Origin: Eledone cirrhosa
Lineage: Eukaryota
DNA: 64,000 nucleotides
Assembly: GCA_964016885.1 (NCBI GenBank)
Contig: OZ024747.1
Span: forward strand, 52,142,001 to 52,206,000
Direction: 5' to 3'
Below are positions 28,388 through 42,721 of the stretch, piece after piece. The notes below the pieces were generated by a model. That model was not told the DNA's origin, ran no database searches, and worked only from the letters and a program-made list of their open reading frames with translations. Position numbers and translations under genes: made by a program. Every line of letters begins with the position of its first letter. Positions within the stretch are counted from its first letter, which is position 1.

Positions 28388-29574
28388 TTGGGCTGGGTAT
28401 AAAGATCCCGCAGTTTCTAAAAGGGGTTATTTTGGAAAAGATGGAAATGTTGAAGGTTGCGAAAGAGCACATATGTAAGAACTGATGTTTGTATGCACTA
28501 TGTCCATTTCTCATTTTCTGTTACGTTGTCAAAGGTGAAGCAACATGGATCTATCCAAATCATGTATTCATGGCTGTTTTCTTTATGACTTCAAATCTGC
28601 CCTAAGTTCGGCAGAATCATGGTATTGCATTAACACTGTCTGAATTCCATGCAAAGGACTCGTTCACACGCTTCTGTTCAGGTGATGGCAGCCATGAGGA
28701 TTGACCTCCTGCAGGAGATCCATCTGATTTCAATGGCGAGCAACTGCGTGAGCTGATGGAAGCCGACCTACACCAGACATCACCTCAACTCTCTGAAATG
28801 TTTGGGGCATCAAAAACAGCCAACCACAATTACTTGCATGCAATTTGGAAGGAGCCCAAGTTGGATCAATGGGTGCCACACAATCTGATTGATCGTAATT
28901 GTGAATGTTGAGCAACTTCTCTGTTCTCCTAGCATCGCACAACTAACTGATTACGTTCCATTGATAAATGGTGTCTCTACATTAAAATCAAGCGCACGCG
29001 AGCCTGGGTTGATAAGGAGAATACGCCTCAATAGCAAGAAAATCCTGACCTCCAAGCTCATAAGGCGCTACTGAGCATCTCATGGGTCGGGAAAGCTGTT
29101 CCCACTGAAAACCAGCATAACCTCTGACGTATATTGCCAAAAACCTTACAGATTAGTGGCGAAAATCGCGCAAGTGTGCCCTCACCATGCTCCTGTTGGA
29201 ATCCTTCGTGATAACACTCAGCCCCATACATCAAGAATGACCCGTGCTGGAGCGTGGTTGGGAGGTACTTCCCCACCCGCCGTATTCACCAGACATTGCG
29301 CCTACATATTATCCCCCTTTTCTCTCACTAAGCAATGCGATGCAGTCAAAGAACTTAACCAATGATGAACAGTTTAATCAATGGCTGAAATAATTATTTG
29401 CATTGAAGCCAGAAGAACTCTTCAGGGATGGAATCGTGTGCCTTCCTAAACGATGGTAGATGGTAATCGCAAATGATGGCAATTATTTTGACTTGTAAAA
29501 TATTCCTAATGTGAAAAAAAACACGAGTCAATAAAGAAATTGAAAAAACGGCCTGGACTTTCTGTCCAAACTAA
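28388..29574 (+). mobile_element. decayed mariner transposon (transposase pseudogene ~28545-29498)
   Basis: WVPHNL, DNTQPHT (HDNARPH-like) and PHPPYSPDIAP motifs in shifting frames; degenerate TIRs TTGGGCTGG / CCAAACTAA. Confidence 0.85.
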
Positions 29575-29589
29575 AACATACACACACAG

Positions 29590-29637
<48 letters not shown>

Positions 29638-29783
29638 AACGAGTAGGACCCCGACGGCTGAGCTCAAGCCGTTTCGACGGCTAATTGGTGCGTTATGGTT
29701 CATCTGGTTTCTTACCACATTTCCTTCGTTATATATATATATATAACGACACACATATATATATAATGACACACACACACACC

Positions 29784-29837
<54 letters not shown>

Positions 29838-29899
29838 GGCGTGTGTGTGTGTCAGTATATATATATAAATATATATATATGCTGGGTCCGTCAACTCCT

Positions 29900-29973
<74 letters not shown>

Positions 29974-29992
29974 ATATAAGTGTGTGTGTCAG

Positions 29993-30023
<31 letters not shown>

Positions 30024-30237
30024 CATTGTATATGTATGTATATTTATTTCTTTATCTAATTAGAACTTAAAAGTGATTAGTTGGTGATCTAATTAGATTA
30101 TGTTGCCGACGAAAACAAGGACATCTTTGCAATAAAGTTCTTACTACAGAACAATAAGTTCTACTCTACAATTCACTTTGATCTTAATAGCTGTCTATAG
30201 CGATACTTCTTAGCAAGTTTACCTGGCTGTTGTCATA

Positions 30238-30292
30238 GTTGTTGTCTTGGAGCTTGATGTTGTTGATGGTAGTGGTGGTGGTGGTGGTCATG

Positions 30293-30324
<32 letters not shown>

Positions 30325-30750
30325 CATCTTGTTGTTGTTGGTGGTAGTGGTGTTAGCGTTGTTATTGTTGTTGTTGGTGATGGTGTTGGTGATGGCGGTG
30401 TTGGTGGTGGTGATGGTGGTGTTGGGGGTGATGGTGGTGGTGTTGGTGTTAATATTGTTATTGTTGCTAGTGTTGGTGATGATGGTGTTGGGGTGATGGT
30501 GGTGTTGGGGTGATGATGGTGGTGGTGGTGGCGATGTTGGTATTGGTGTTTAGCGTTGGGATTGCTGTTGCTGTTGTTGTTGTGGTTGGTGGTGGTGGTG
30601 GTGGTGGCCATTTATAGTGCTAGTGGTTGTGTTGGTTGTGATGGTGATGGTGGTGGTGTTGGTATTGTTAGTGGTTGTGGTAGTGCTGGTGGTGCTGCTG
30701 ATGATGATGCTTGAACCGGCCTTGGGGATGATGGTGGTGGTGGTGGTTCA
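30238..30750. repeat. GGT/GTT low-complexity tract
   Basis: Direct inspection. Confidence 0.85.
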
Positions 30751-30789
30751 TTGGTGTTAACCATGTAACTGATGTGGTTGCTGATATTA

Positions 30790-31415
30790 TTATTATCATT
30801 GTTATTTTTGGAGTCTCAGTCATTGATGTTATTTAACTGGAAAGTTTGTTCAAATGAACATTAAGCCGCCACCTGCAGCCTCAGATATTCAGGACGTATC
30901 GGAGGGTTCTTGCTGTTTCCAGGAAGCATGTCTTTCCAAAAAACGAGGCTGGACTAATATCTTTAACCATCCTTGAAAACTCTTTGAGATAGTACCTAGT
31001 GCGCCTCTGTCAATCAGGACGACCTTAATTTCATGGCAGTTCCAAATCCTTTTTAACTCCCACTTTAAATCATGGTATTGGTTAATTTTCTTCTTCTCCT
31101 TTTCTTGCACTCTCGTGTCAAAGGGGCAGGCTACATCTACAATCAGGCACGATCTTTTTTCCTTGTCCAAAACCACCAGGTCAGGCCTATTGTGTTCTAA
31201 TTTCTTGTCCGTCTGTATCCTGATATGCCGTAGCACCTTCACCTGATCGTTTTCTATCACCGACTCCGGCTTATACTCATACCACTTCTCAGAATGTTGT
31301 AAGTTGTTTAGTTTACATAAATGTCAGTGAATCACCCTGCCTATCATATCATGTCTCCAGCCTTTATAGTGAGTCTGGGCTAGGTGTTTACACTCGGATA
31401 TGATGTGAGTCACAG

Positions 31416-31510
<95 letters not shown>

Positions 31511-34290
31511 CAGATCCTACACAGTGAGCTAGCCTCCTCCTTGTCAATATCGTGTTTCACCCACATCTTTCCGAGGGCTTGCTCTTGTGCAGCCATTAGC
31601 ATTCCTTCTGTAGCTTTTTTAAGGGCTCGTCTTTTAACCAGCTCCATGTCTGTGGATCACGGAATTCCGTTTACTTAAAGAAGGTGCTATGAAGGGATTT
31701 TTCATGAAGGTTGCTCTTCCTCTTTGTTGTTATTTCCTCCTTGGACAAACCTGGTCTATTGTCTTCTCCTTCAGTACAACTTCGAGCATTAGCTCCCGAC
31801 TCTCAAACACATATTTGGGCAGAGTGCTTTTCTCTATACTGATAAGGCACAGTCCTCTATACTGATAAGACCTCTTCAGATCTCTTTAAGTAACGTCTAT
31901 CAACATTACTCCTCTTGTTGAACATGATGTTGGTAATCATTAGCTTCCTAATCTTTCTATCCATTTCAGAATTCCCGCACTGTACCTAATAATAGACACA
32001 GTTCGGGAATTTACTACAATTATGATATTCCTACTATTTAGATGTCATTTTAGTATGTTCCTTATTCTCTTTATGTATTCAGATCTTATCAATTCCTTCA
32101 TTTTATTGTTCTTGGTGTCATCTGCCTCCATAACACCCAAATATTTGTATCCTTCTTCAGTGTCAATTTCCTTTATCATCTTACCTGTTGGTACCTGGAT
32201 TCCGTTGCTTCTGTTCAATTTACCCCTTTTCATCACCAGGACTCCACACTTATTAAAACCAAATTCCATATATATATCATTTCTGAAAATACGACAGTGT
32301 TAACAAGGTACACCCAACTCCTTCTCGCTTTTCCTAAAAAGTTTAGATCGTCCATGAAGAGGAGGTGGTTAATGATAAGCTCTCCTCTTCCCAGCTTGTA
32401 CCCTGCTCTCACTTTTCGCAATATGAGGGACAAGGGTATGAGGGTAAGGACAAACAACAAATGGAACAAACTATCTCCTTGGAAGATACCTTCACGCCTC
32501 CCAATGACTCTCCACCTGATATTAGCTCTGTTTCCCAGGACTTCATACTTTTACTTAATAGCTGTCTGATGTTGTCTGCCACCTTGAAGATCTCTAGGCT
32601 TTTGGTTATCCAAGAATGAGGTACCATGTCGAATGCCTTCTTGTAATCTATCCATCCCATGCCAAGACCAGTATGCCTCCTCTTGCAAGTCCTTATTACC
32701 ATCTTATCAATAAGTAACTGGTCTTTTGTACCACGGGACTTCTTTCGGCATCCTTTCTGTTCGTTCGGTAATAGGTTATTTATGTGGAGCTGATAGTAAA
32801 TTTCCTCAGACACAATGTTTTTTAACAATTTCCACATTACGGACAGACATGTGATAGGCCTATAGTTGGTAACCTCGTTACTCTTGATTCGGTCTTTCAT
32901 TACCAGAACTGTGGTACCTTTTGTCAACCACTCTGGTACTTCACCCGACACCAAGCAGTCATTGTACATGTCAGTTTTGGGTGGAGAGATGTTATATTTT
33001 TTTATCTAATATCTTTGCACTTCATCTGGGTCTGGTGATTTCCAGTTGGTTAGATTTGGGGCCTGCTTTTTAAGAGTTTCAGCTGTGATACTCAAATCAG
33101 GTTGTTGGTGTGCTTGTTCACGATTCTCCTTTTTATCTGTCTCAATCCACTGTGCCTGACTATTCCGTTTAACATCCTGCTCCAATATTCCGGTCCAGAA
33201 TGCCTTAGTCTGTTTAGCCTCAGGGATCACGTCGTTACCTCTTTCTTTCCCTTCAAGCTGTTCAAATGACATCTTCTTCTTGTTGTCAAACATGCGGTTC
33301 TGTCTATACTGACTAACTCTGTTCTCGTACCACCTAATCTTTGCGCGTTTTGCTACTATGCGTTGCTTCAGTTCCTCTATGATAACATTTAACTCTTTTC
33401 CCTTAGTTTTGTATTTTATTTTCAACCTATCTTAAGTGTCTATGTTTGTAATGTTTCATTCAGTAAAGACTCAAACTTTCCAATCTCTTTTCTCATTTCC
33501 TTGATTTGACCTTTCAGTCGTTTCTTTCACCAAGGCTCTGATTTTTCTTGTTTGTTGCTTCCTCTCGTTTTTATACCAAGTAATTTTTTCACCACATTTG
33601 CGGTTGCTTGGAGGATATTGTTGTATTGGTGAAGGTTCTTTGCCTCAAGGTATGGGATGACCCTGTTTACCTTAGCTGTCGTTTCTTTTAACTTTTCCTC
33701 TCTACAAATCTTAGGTTCATAGGCTTACCACTATCATTGTTCATGTCATCTACCACTAAGTTCAGGATATCAACTAAATCTTGCCCTAGCCCGTCAGCAT
33801 TCATTTCCTCAATGGCCGTATCTTTGTTCCAGATATTATTTATTTCAGCATTTAGGTCATTGTCTGCTTCGGATGCTTCCTCAGGTCTCTCAACCTCTTC
33901 ACCCTCATTTCCCTCTGGCTCATTTGCCTGATATACTCCACTCTCCATTTCCAACTCAATCTCTCTGCTCAGTTCCTCCAGTTCCAACTCGCCTATCCAT
34001 CCATTCGTTCTTATTACACGAGCCTGACAGGTCATTTTTTGTTCACTTAATTTAAATAGACTAACCTAATTCCAGCTGTTATGCATCCGTTTCCTATAGC
34101 CTTTTTCCATGGGGTTACTCTTCAGGTAAGATTTCATGACAGTTCTATTCAATTCTTTCGTCCAGTTGGTTCTTGACCCACTCCTCCAACACAAGCAGTA
34201 TTTGGATGACAGCCAGATCCCTGCTGCTGGGTGAAAGTCTTTCACATGAAGTTCCAGACTCCTTTTCACCGTTATTCGAACTATTCAAGT
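30790..34290 (-). mobile_element. near full-length, frameshifted R4/Dong-like non-LTR retrotransposon (RT, CCHC, restriction-like endonuclease)
   Basis: N-terminal WT..N...GYRKRM; RT motifs NYRPITCL, EQKGC, WIDYKKAFD, HLLFMDD, YKYLG; CRICG..HIISEC; RHD; RPDLVVLD..DVACP; AAT-rich tail. Confidence 0.92.
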
Positions 34291-34329
34291 TCGACATTTA
34301 AACACTCACATCGATGATTATCATTTCCA

Positions 34330-35305
34330 TTATTATTTTTATTGCGCATCATTACTGCTTTACTGAACACAGCTCTGTGTGCCTTGGGTATGAGCAGTGT
34401 AGTTTTTGCTGATGTTGTTTCTATTGTATTGATAGTACTGTTCGTAATATGTGTGCAGTGCCTAGCAGTGCTATCTTTTGTATGCTGTATATATTTGTAA
34501 ATCCTGGGGTTTCGGTTATGTATTTGTCTGTGTTTTTTATCATTCTTAGAGCACCTATTATTATAGGTATTGTTTCTGTTTTCATTTCCCACATTCGAGT
34601 TATTTCTATCTCTAGATCTTTATATTTGGAGAGTTTCTCTATTTCATTGGAAGATATATTGTCGTCTGTGTGGATAGATACGTCTATTAGAAGGCATTTT
34701 CTTTCCTTTGTGGTCTTTGTCGGTTGGCATTGATCTATCTGTCTGTATGTATTGGCATATCCCAGAGAATGGTTACTTTGTCATTCTCTGACACTTTTTC
34801 TGGTGTGTGTGTTTGTACCATCTTTTTTCTGTTGGTATTTCATAATTTCCAGTGTATAAAGGTCCCAACTCTATCATGTCTGTGGATATATTCTCTTTTG
34901 GCAAGAGCTGGGCATCCAGAGACTATGTGGTTGATTTCCCTATCTCCACATATTCTACAGTTACTTATTATACTTTGTTTCATTATGTACTTCTGGTAGT
35001 TTCTGTTGTGTAGACTCTGGTCCTGCGCCGTAATTAGAAATCCTTCCATCTCAGCTTCGGAGGCAGTTTTGTGCGTTTTATTTGTTTACTTCCCTTCTAT
35101 TTAGCTTTTTGTGGGTATTGGCCATTTAAAGATTTCTTTTGCCGTCATTTTAACATGGCATTCTGGATGTCAGTTTTCAATTTAAATGTTGTCTTTCACA
35201 ATTTCTGTTGTTGTTTTTTCTTTGCTTTCATTTTCTTCACAACTATCTGTTAGTCCAGTTTCTGATTTGAATTTTTTGGCTTCCTTGAAGACCGAGAACA
35301 GTTTT
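34330..35305 (-). mobile_element. second R4/Dong-like 3' fragment
   Basis: AQDQSL..CRICG..HIVSGC..RHD motif and decayed RLE region. Confidence 0.85.
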
Positions 35306-35310
35306 TTGTT

Positions 35311-35495
35311 TGGTGGATTGGCAGTATCGGTAGAGGGTTGAACGCCATGCTTTGCAGCATAGAGTTACGGCTCTTTGTGATCTGAGTTCAAATCCCACCG
35401 AGGTTAACTTTGCCTTTCATCCTTACGGGGTCGATAAAATAAAGTACCAGTAATGCACTGATTTAATTGCTAGCATGGTGCCAAAAGTAGAAACA

Positions 35496-35497
<2 letters not shown>
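35311..35497 (+). mobile_element. full-length tRNA-derived SINE with long (TTA)n tail
   Basis: TGGCAGTATCGG A box, GAGTTCAAATCC B box, central domain. Confidence 0.9.
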
Positions 35498-35557
<60 letters not shown>

Positions 35558-35562
35558 CATTT

Positions 35563-36113
35563 TTATTTTCTTTCATTATTGTTTCTGAGATATATGCCGA
35601 GTGTCTGCGTGATACCTAGGGCAAATAAATTCACAGTGTGCATTGGTAAGCCAGTTAATACACCACATTGATTATAATTTAAAAAAAAAACAAAAAAAAA
35701 CAGTACACATATATACACATGTGCATATGCATATGTAAATACAAGGAGGGATGTCAATATTACAGAGATAGTTCTCTTCTCAATACGTGTGCAGTACCAG
35801 TCAGAACAATTTTTTGCACCTCGTGCAGAGAGGGTAAACCAGGAATCATTCGCAAATATTGTTCTGTTCCTTTCTTGATCATTCCCAGTCCTCCCACAAT
35901 CACTGGTATTGTAACGGCTTTGAGGTGCCACATTTTCTCAATTTCAATAAGCAGATCTTTATATTTTCGTAGCTTGCCAAATTCTTTTGCCGCGATATCG
36001 TGATCACATGGGATGCTCATATCTATCAATAAACAGACCTTGTTATGTTGATCTTTTACAATGATGTCAGGTCTATTTGCTTTTATGGTCCTGTAGTATG
36101 TACAGGAAAGTCC
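35563..36113 (-). mobile_element. third R4/Dong-like 3' fragment (RLE domain) flanked on both sides by (TAA)n
   Basis: ANRPDIIV..LIDMSIP.D......K..KYKDL.IEI.KMW motif; TTA tracts at 35496-35562 and 36114-36218. Confidence 0.88.
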
Positions 36114-36122
36114 ATTATTATC

Positions 36123-36197
<75 letters not shown>

Positions 36198-38599
36198 GTT
36201 ATTATTATTATTATTATTAAAACAACCACCATCATCTTCATCATCACTATCACCACCACCACCACCACCACCACCACCACCACCATCATCACCATTAAAG
36301 CCACCAACACCAGCACTAACACTACTACCAACACTAATACCATCACTACAACAATCATCATCAGCAACAACAAAACTCTATAATACCAAAAGTAAATAAA
36401 GACTTCCATTTACTAATTATTTCATTGTTAAGCTAGATTATACATACATTCAACTACACATACACACACATATATATATATATAACACGCAACATACGCA
36501 CACACATGCACACACGCAGACTTACATATATATGTGTGTGTGGGTGAGTGTGGGTGTATGGGTGTGCGTGTGTGTGTTTATTTATATATATATATATATA
36601 CACATATATATATATATATATATATAGCTGTATATATATATATATGTATATATATAGAGAGAGAGAGAAAGGGAGAGAGAGAGAGAGAAAGGGAAGGGGG
36701 CGTCGGTGGAACACGTGTGCAGAACAAGCATATAAAACCATGCACGCTTGTGGAAATATATTACATACCATTCTTAAACAGATGCACACTTAAATGTAAT
36801 CAAATACGACTTGATCCGAATCCTTTATACATTCACAAATATACACACATACACACATATATGTGCATATATATATATATATGGGTGTGTATATATATAT
36901 ATATATATGCTCACAAGAATTTTGCGCATATGCAGAAACAAATATATATATATATACATATATATTTATGCATATAAACATACACCTATGTAAACACATG
37001 AATACGCCGTCGAAGTTAACCACATACACTAATATACAAAACACTGGTGGTCACACGTACATTCACAAATGTGCACACACATACACACACACACACACAT
37101 ACACACACACACACACACACATACACATACACATACACAACAGACAGTAATATACTCACTCAGACAGTGTCTAACTCGCATAAACAGTCCCTGTTCTGTA
37201 GAAAATAAACAGATCTCTAAATTTATGTGTAAGAATTAATCTTAATTTTTCCGATTTCTTGACAAGCGGAGGGAAAAAATGGCGCCCATCTTTGGATTTT
37301 TGTGTTATTGGTTAGACAAAAGTTGTGAGGTGCACCACATGGTGGTAATAAAATAGCACCAGAGTCAAGAACGACAACCATGCATTGTGATTCTGTTCAG
37401 TGTTAGTAAGAGCTCAAGTGAAATATAGCATTGTATTTTCTTTCATTTTATATTTAAATTATAATTTAGTCTGGTAGTGAGAGAATATCAACGAATGGAG
37501 CATCATAAATGTACCATCCCTCACGTTACACTTATATTTTACTGTTTAGTGGGGGAAGATCGGTAAGGAGAGTGTTATACTCCAACTGGAGTCTTGCTCT
37601 GAATTCTTGCAAAAGATTGGACCACCCAAGATACCGCCCTGGTACCAGATAGGGAGTGTTACATTGGGAGAGGATTAAATCTACCAATCAAGAAGGTTAT
37701 TGTGAGATTTAAACAACCCAGAAGACAGTCACATACACACACAAAATAAATAAATAAACAAATATTGCAAAGTAATTTTATCCGACATTTTCACCTTTCT
37801 ACCAATCCGTCTGACTACCTTGTCGACCTCAGAAAGGGTGAAAGGTGAAGTTGACCATGGAGGGGTTTGAACTCAGAGCATAGAGAACCAATAACCAGGA
37901 GAATTACCACACAGTATTTTGTCCAAAACATGCATTGGTGTTAAACTAGGTGATGGCGTATGTCTGCCACGCAAGTAGACCACCCATCCTGCAATTAGAA
38001 CACAGAACACCAAGTACCGGAACCAATACTACAAGACATCTTATCCAAAGCTCTAACATCTCTGCTAATCCTTGGATGAATCTAGAAAACGGTGGAACCC
38101 TGATATATGATATAATGGTCTGTAAGATAGTCATGAAGAGTCAGATGTGGCAGAGTCTTTAAAACATCGGACAATAATCTTTGCAGCATTTATTTACAGC
38201 CCTTTACCTTTTGAGTTCAAAAGCAGGGTCTATAAAATAAGACCTCTCGGGTTTCAAATAATAGAGAGGGGGGATAATAGAGCGGTGTGGTGGAAAAAAC
38301 TGGGGTTGAGAAATCACAATTGTATAGTGTACATTCGTAAATATGGGATTTCTTGTAATGTTATTTTTTATCAAATGTAATGTTTTTTTTAATGTAAAAT
38401 AAAATTATTATTGGATTCTCCAGCTGCTGTAATCAATATGAATCACTTACAATAACATTTCACCGAAATTAAATGAGCAAAATTTAAAAAGCGGGGTGAG
38501 GGTGGGATAAAAGTGAGTGCTGGGTGTTGGGAAAAAAATCAGAAAAATTAATAAGCAGTGCGGGAGGGGGGGGGGGGTCACAATTATTCTAGACATGAG

Positions 38600-39385
38600 A
38601 ATATCTCACGAGTACTGGGTGGGATTTAATCGGCTTACCTCCCCTCAAATTATGTGCCTCGAACCTATATCAGAAACCATTTGCCTTTCATCCTTACGGG
38701 GTTGATAAAATAAAGCACCAGTAATACACTGGGATAATTGCTGGCCTTGTGCCAAAAGTAGAAACAATTATTAGTCATATCGATGGATTGACAATATCAA
38801 TAGAGCGTCAGATAACATGCTTTGCGACGTAGAGTTACGGCCCTTTGTATTCTGTGTTCAAATCCCACCAAGGTTAAATTTGCCTTTCATCCTTACGGGG
38901 TCAGTAAAATAAAGTACCAGTAACGCACCGCTGTCAATTTAAATGACTTTCCCCTCCCCCAAAATTGTTGGCCTTCTGTCTAAATTAGAAACCAGTGAAT
39001 TGGCAGTATCATTAGAGGGTTGGACATGCTTTCCAGCATAGTTACGTCCCCTTACGATCTGAGTTCAAATCCTGCCAAGGTTAACTTTGCCTTTCATCCT
39101 TACGGGGTCGATAAAACAAAGTACCAGTAACGTACTGGGTTATTGCTGGCCTTGTGCCAAATGTAGAAACAATTATTATATTGCTTCAAATTGAATGGAA
39201 ATTATTATTAATATTGATAGATTGGCAGTATCAGTAGAGGGTCAGACAACATGATTTGCGGCATATAGTTACGGCCCTTTACGTTCTGAGTTCAAATCAT
39301 TCCGAGGTTAGCTTTGCCTTTCATCTTACGCACAGGGGTCGATTTAAACGACATTCCCCTCAACCCCAATTGTTGGCCTTGTGAT
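38600..39385 (+). mobile_element. head-to-tail cluster of ~4-5 tRNA-derived SINE copies
   Basis: Repeated TTTGCCTTTCATC central domain at ~38680, 38880, 39087, 39314; B boxes at ~38855, 39061, 39288. Confidence 0.85.
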
Positions 39386-39930
39386 CATTGTTGTTATTGT
39401 TGCTGTCATTGTTGTTGTTGTTATTGCAGTTATTGTTGTTGTTGTTATTACCGTCATCACGATCGTCTAAACACCAACATCTAACGTTTTTACAGCTCTA
39501 ATATTGTTGTTATTGCAGTTAGAGTTGTTATTACCGTCATCACGATCGTCTAAACACCAACATCTAACGTTTTTACAGCTCTAATGTGGAAAAAAAAATG
39601 AAAGAAACGAAAATAACAAAAGAAAAAGAACTCCTTAATCGTTTATTTCCACCTCTGTCACTTAATACTTCGTCTTTTGAAAACCCTTAGCCACTAATGT
39701 AAGTAGAATTCTCCCTCACCCATCTCACCATACACCCATTTCATAACCTATTCCACCTGTCTGCTGACACATCTAGCCACCATCTGCAGCTTCTCTTTTA
39801 CCACTCTTTATACCACAACCGTCGGTTATCTTCAGCAGTGCAACCAAACCCGCTATCCACTCCAACCCTTATATATGTAGATATATATAGCTGTCGAAAC
39901 GGCCGGCGCTCAGCCGTCGGAGTCTTTTCA

Positions 39931-39969
<39 letters not shown>

Positions 39970-39977
<8 letters not shown>

Positions 39978-40330
39978 TAAAATAACAGATTAAAGTTTAA
40001 GCAAAGAATCGCTGCTTTCACCCTTAACGGGATCTTCTGAAACTAACAAAGTCAATCTGTAAACGCAGAACTGGATATTTCAAAAAACGTTTCCACGAAC
40101 CAAAGTATCGTCTTCCTGTCTTCCTCCGGTTGCAACGTTTTTTGAAATATCCACTTCTGCGTTTACAGATTGACTTTGTTAGTTTCAGAAGATCCCGTTA
40201 AGCGTGAAAGCAGCAATTCTTTGCTTAAACTTTAATCTGTTATTTTAATAAATATTTGCTCTACGGTTCTTATATATTTGATATATATTTATCCTTATCA
40301 AGCCCTCTTTGGATTTTAGTCTTCAAATTT
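39970..40330. mobile_element. fold-back element in (TA)n with one-sided tail
   Basis: Arms 39970-40091 and 40134-40255, 42-nt spacer; part of the tail is duplicated at ~40505-40575. Confidence 0.7.
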
Positions 40331-40338
40331 ATTATTAT

Positions 40339-40381
<43 letters not shown>

Positions 40382-40571
40382 TATATATATATATACATAC
40401 TTATATATATATGTGTGTGTGTGTATGTGTGTGTGTATGTATATACAAACAGATCTATCTTTTCATCTATCTATCTATCTATAATAAATATATATATATA
40501 TATATTATATTTGATATATGTTTATCCTTATCGAGCCCTCTTTGGATTTTAGTCTTCACATTTATTATTAT

Positions 40572-40614
<43 letters not shown>

Positions 40615-41305
40615 GTATGTATATATTTAGGGCTTGTAACTTCCAATTACTGTAGGTTCACCAGAGTGAGCACCCGATACGTAGTTTCCAGTAAGTATAA
40701 AAGTGTAGTACTGAGCAGAGTATAATAATAATTATTACCATAAGTCCGACGAGCTTTTCATTCCAGAGTTGGACCACATCGTTACAGATCGAACCTTGAG
40801 CTGATCAATCGCGAAACGCACGTCTGTACTCATTAAACATAATGAAGATCTAACAAATCGTTCTTTTTATTATATATATATATATATATATATTTGGGGA
40901 GGCTCGTGTTATATATATATATATACATATATATATAAATAAAAAAATATAAATAAATATATATTTATATTTATATATAACAATATATATATATAGATTT
41001 ATATATTTATATAGACAGTTTTATGAGCTTTTGTTAAAGTCAAAATATATGTGTCTGAGTGTAAGTGTACATATATATGTATTTCTGTGTGTGTGTGTGT
41101 GTGTGTTTTCTACATGAAGTATATTGTCTTTTCCAAGATGAAATTTATACAATCTAAATTAAAAGAGAATTGTTATATTTACGACTTGTAGAAATTATAT
41201 TTATGGAGATCAGACAACTTCAATCTTATTTTTTTTTATTTTTGTATTATCATTATTATTATAACCATTATTCGTATTTTATTATTACTACTATTATTAT
41301 TACTT

Positions 41306-42212
41306 GGGCGGTGTGGTGTGGTGTGGCGTGGCGTGGTGTGGTGCGGTGTGGTGCGGTGTTGCGTGGTGTGGTGTGGTGTGGTGTGGTGTGGCGTGGTGTG
41401 GTGTGGCATGTTGTTGTGTGGTGCGGTGTGGCGTGGTGTGGTGTGGCGTGGTGTGGTGCGGTGTGGTGCGGTGTGGCGTGGTGTGGTGTGGCGTGGTCTG
41501 GTGTGGTGTGGTGTGGTGTGGCGTGGCGTGGCGTGGTGTAGCGTGGCGTGGCGTGGTGTGGTGTGGTGTGGCGTGGCGTAGTCTGGTGTGGTGTGGTGTG
41601 GTGTGGTGTGACGTGGCGTGGCGTGGTGCGGTGTGGTGCGGTATGGTGTGGCGTGGTGTGGTGTGGTGTGGCGTGGCGTGGTGTGGTGTGGTGTGGCGTG
41701 GTGTGGTGTGGCGTGGTGTGGTGCGGTGTGGTGCGGTGTGGCGTGGTGTGGTGTGGCGTGGTCTGGTGTGGTGTGGTGTGGTGTGGCGTGGCGTGGCGTG
41801 GTGTGGCGTGGCGTGGCGTGGTGTGGTGTGGTGTGGCGTGGCGTAGTCTGGTGTGGTGTGGTGTGGTGTGGTGTGGCGTGGCGTGGTGTGGTGCGGTGTG
41901 GTGCGGTATGGTGTGGCGTGGTGTGGTGTGGTGTGGCGTGGCGTGGTGTGGTGTGGTGTGGCGTGGTCTGGTGCGGTGTGGTGCGGTGTGGTGTGGCGTG
42001 GTGGGGTGTGGCGTGGCGTGGTGTGGTGTGGTGTGGTGTGGTGTGGCGTGGCGTGGTGTGGTGTGGTGCGGTGTGGCGTGGCGTGGTGTGGTGTGGTGTG
42101 GTGTGACGTGGCGTGGTGTGGTGTGGTGTGGCGTGGCGTGGTGTGGTGTGGTGTGGTGTGGTGTGGTGTGGTGTGGCGTGGTGTGGTGTGGCGTGGTGTG
42201 GTGTGGTGTGGT
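41306..42212. repeat. pentanucleotide satellite (GTGTG/GCGTG)n
   Basis: Direct periodicity. Confidence 0.95.
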
Positions 42213-42308
42213 GTTGGATATTTCTGTTGTATTTCATGTGACCTTCCAATAAACCAAATTAATTTAAGCCAATATATTTAAATCTTAACTGGACATCACG
42301 TCAAACCT

Positions 42309-42403
42309 AGAAGAAGAAGAAGAAGAAGAAGAAGAAGAAGAAGAAGAAGAAGAAGAAGAAGAAGAAGAAGAAGAAGAAGAAGAAGAAGAAGAAGAAGAAG
42401 AAA

Positions 42404-42441
<38 letters not shown>

Positions 42442-42469
42442 GAAGAAGAAGAAGAAGAAGAAGAAGAAA

Positions 42470-42507
<38 letters not shown>

Positions 42508-42530
42508 GAAGAAGAAGAAGAAGAAGAAGA
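42309..42530. repeat. alternating (GAA)n and (TAA)n blocks
   Basis: Direct inspection. Confidence 0.95.
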
Positions 42531-42721
42531 CAGTAGATTTATTATTTTATTGCTAAATATTCTATTTTATACAAGTGAAATAGTTTGTGGAGTGACTGGA
42601 TCAGTATTAAACGAGAACAAACGACCAACTTTATTCTTTTCTGTTACATTTAGATACATAGGTCCAATCAGGCCGAAGCCGATTGATAAAACAAGAGTGA
42701 TGAATCAGAAGGACAGTCAAG

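Noticed and set aside
40180-40220. Hammerhead in the 39970 fold-back
   Set aside because: Core reads CAGAAGA with poor stems I and III; at best a decayed remnant.
40744-40830. Hammerhead-like CCGACGA...GAAACGCACGTC
   Set aside because: Core mismatch and no convincing stem I; not called.
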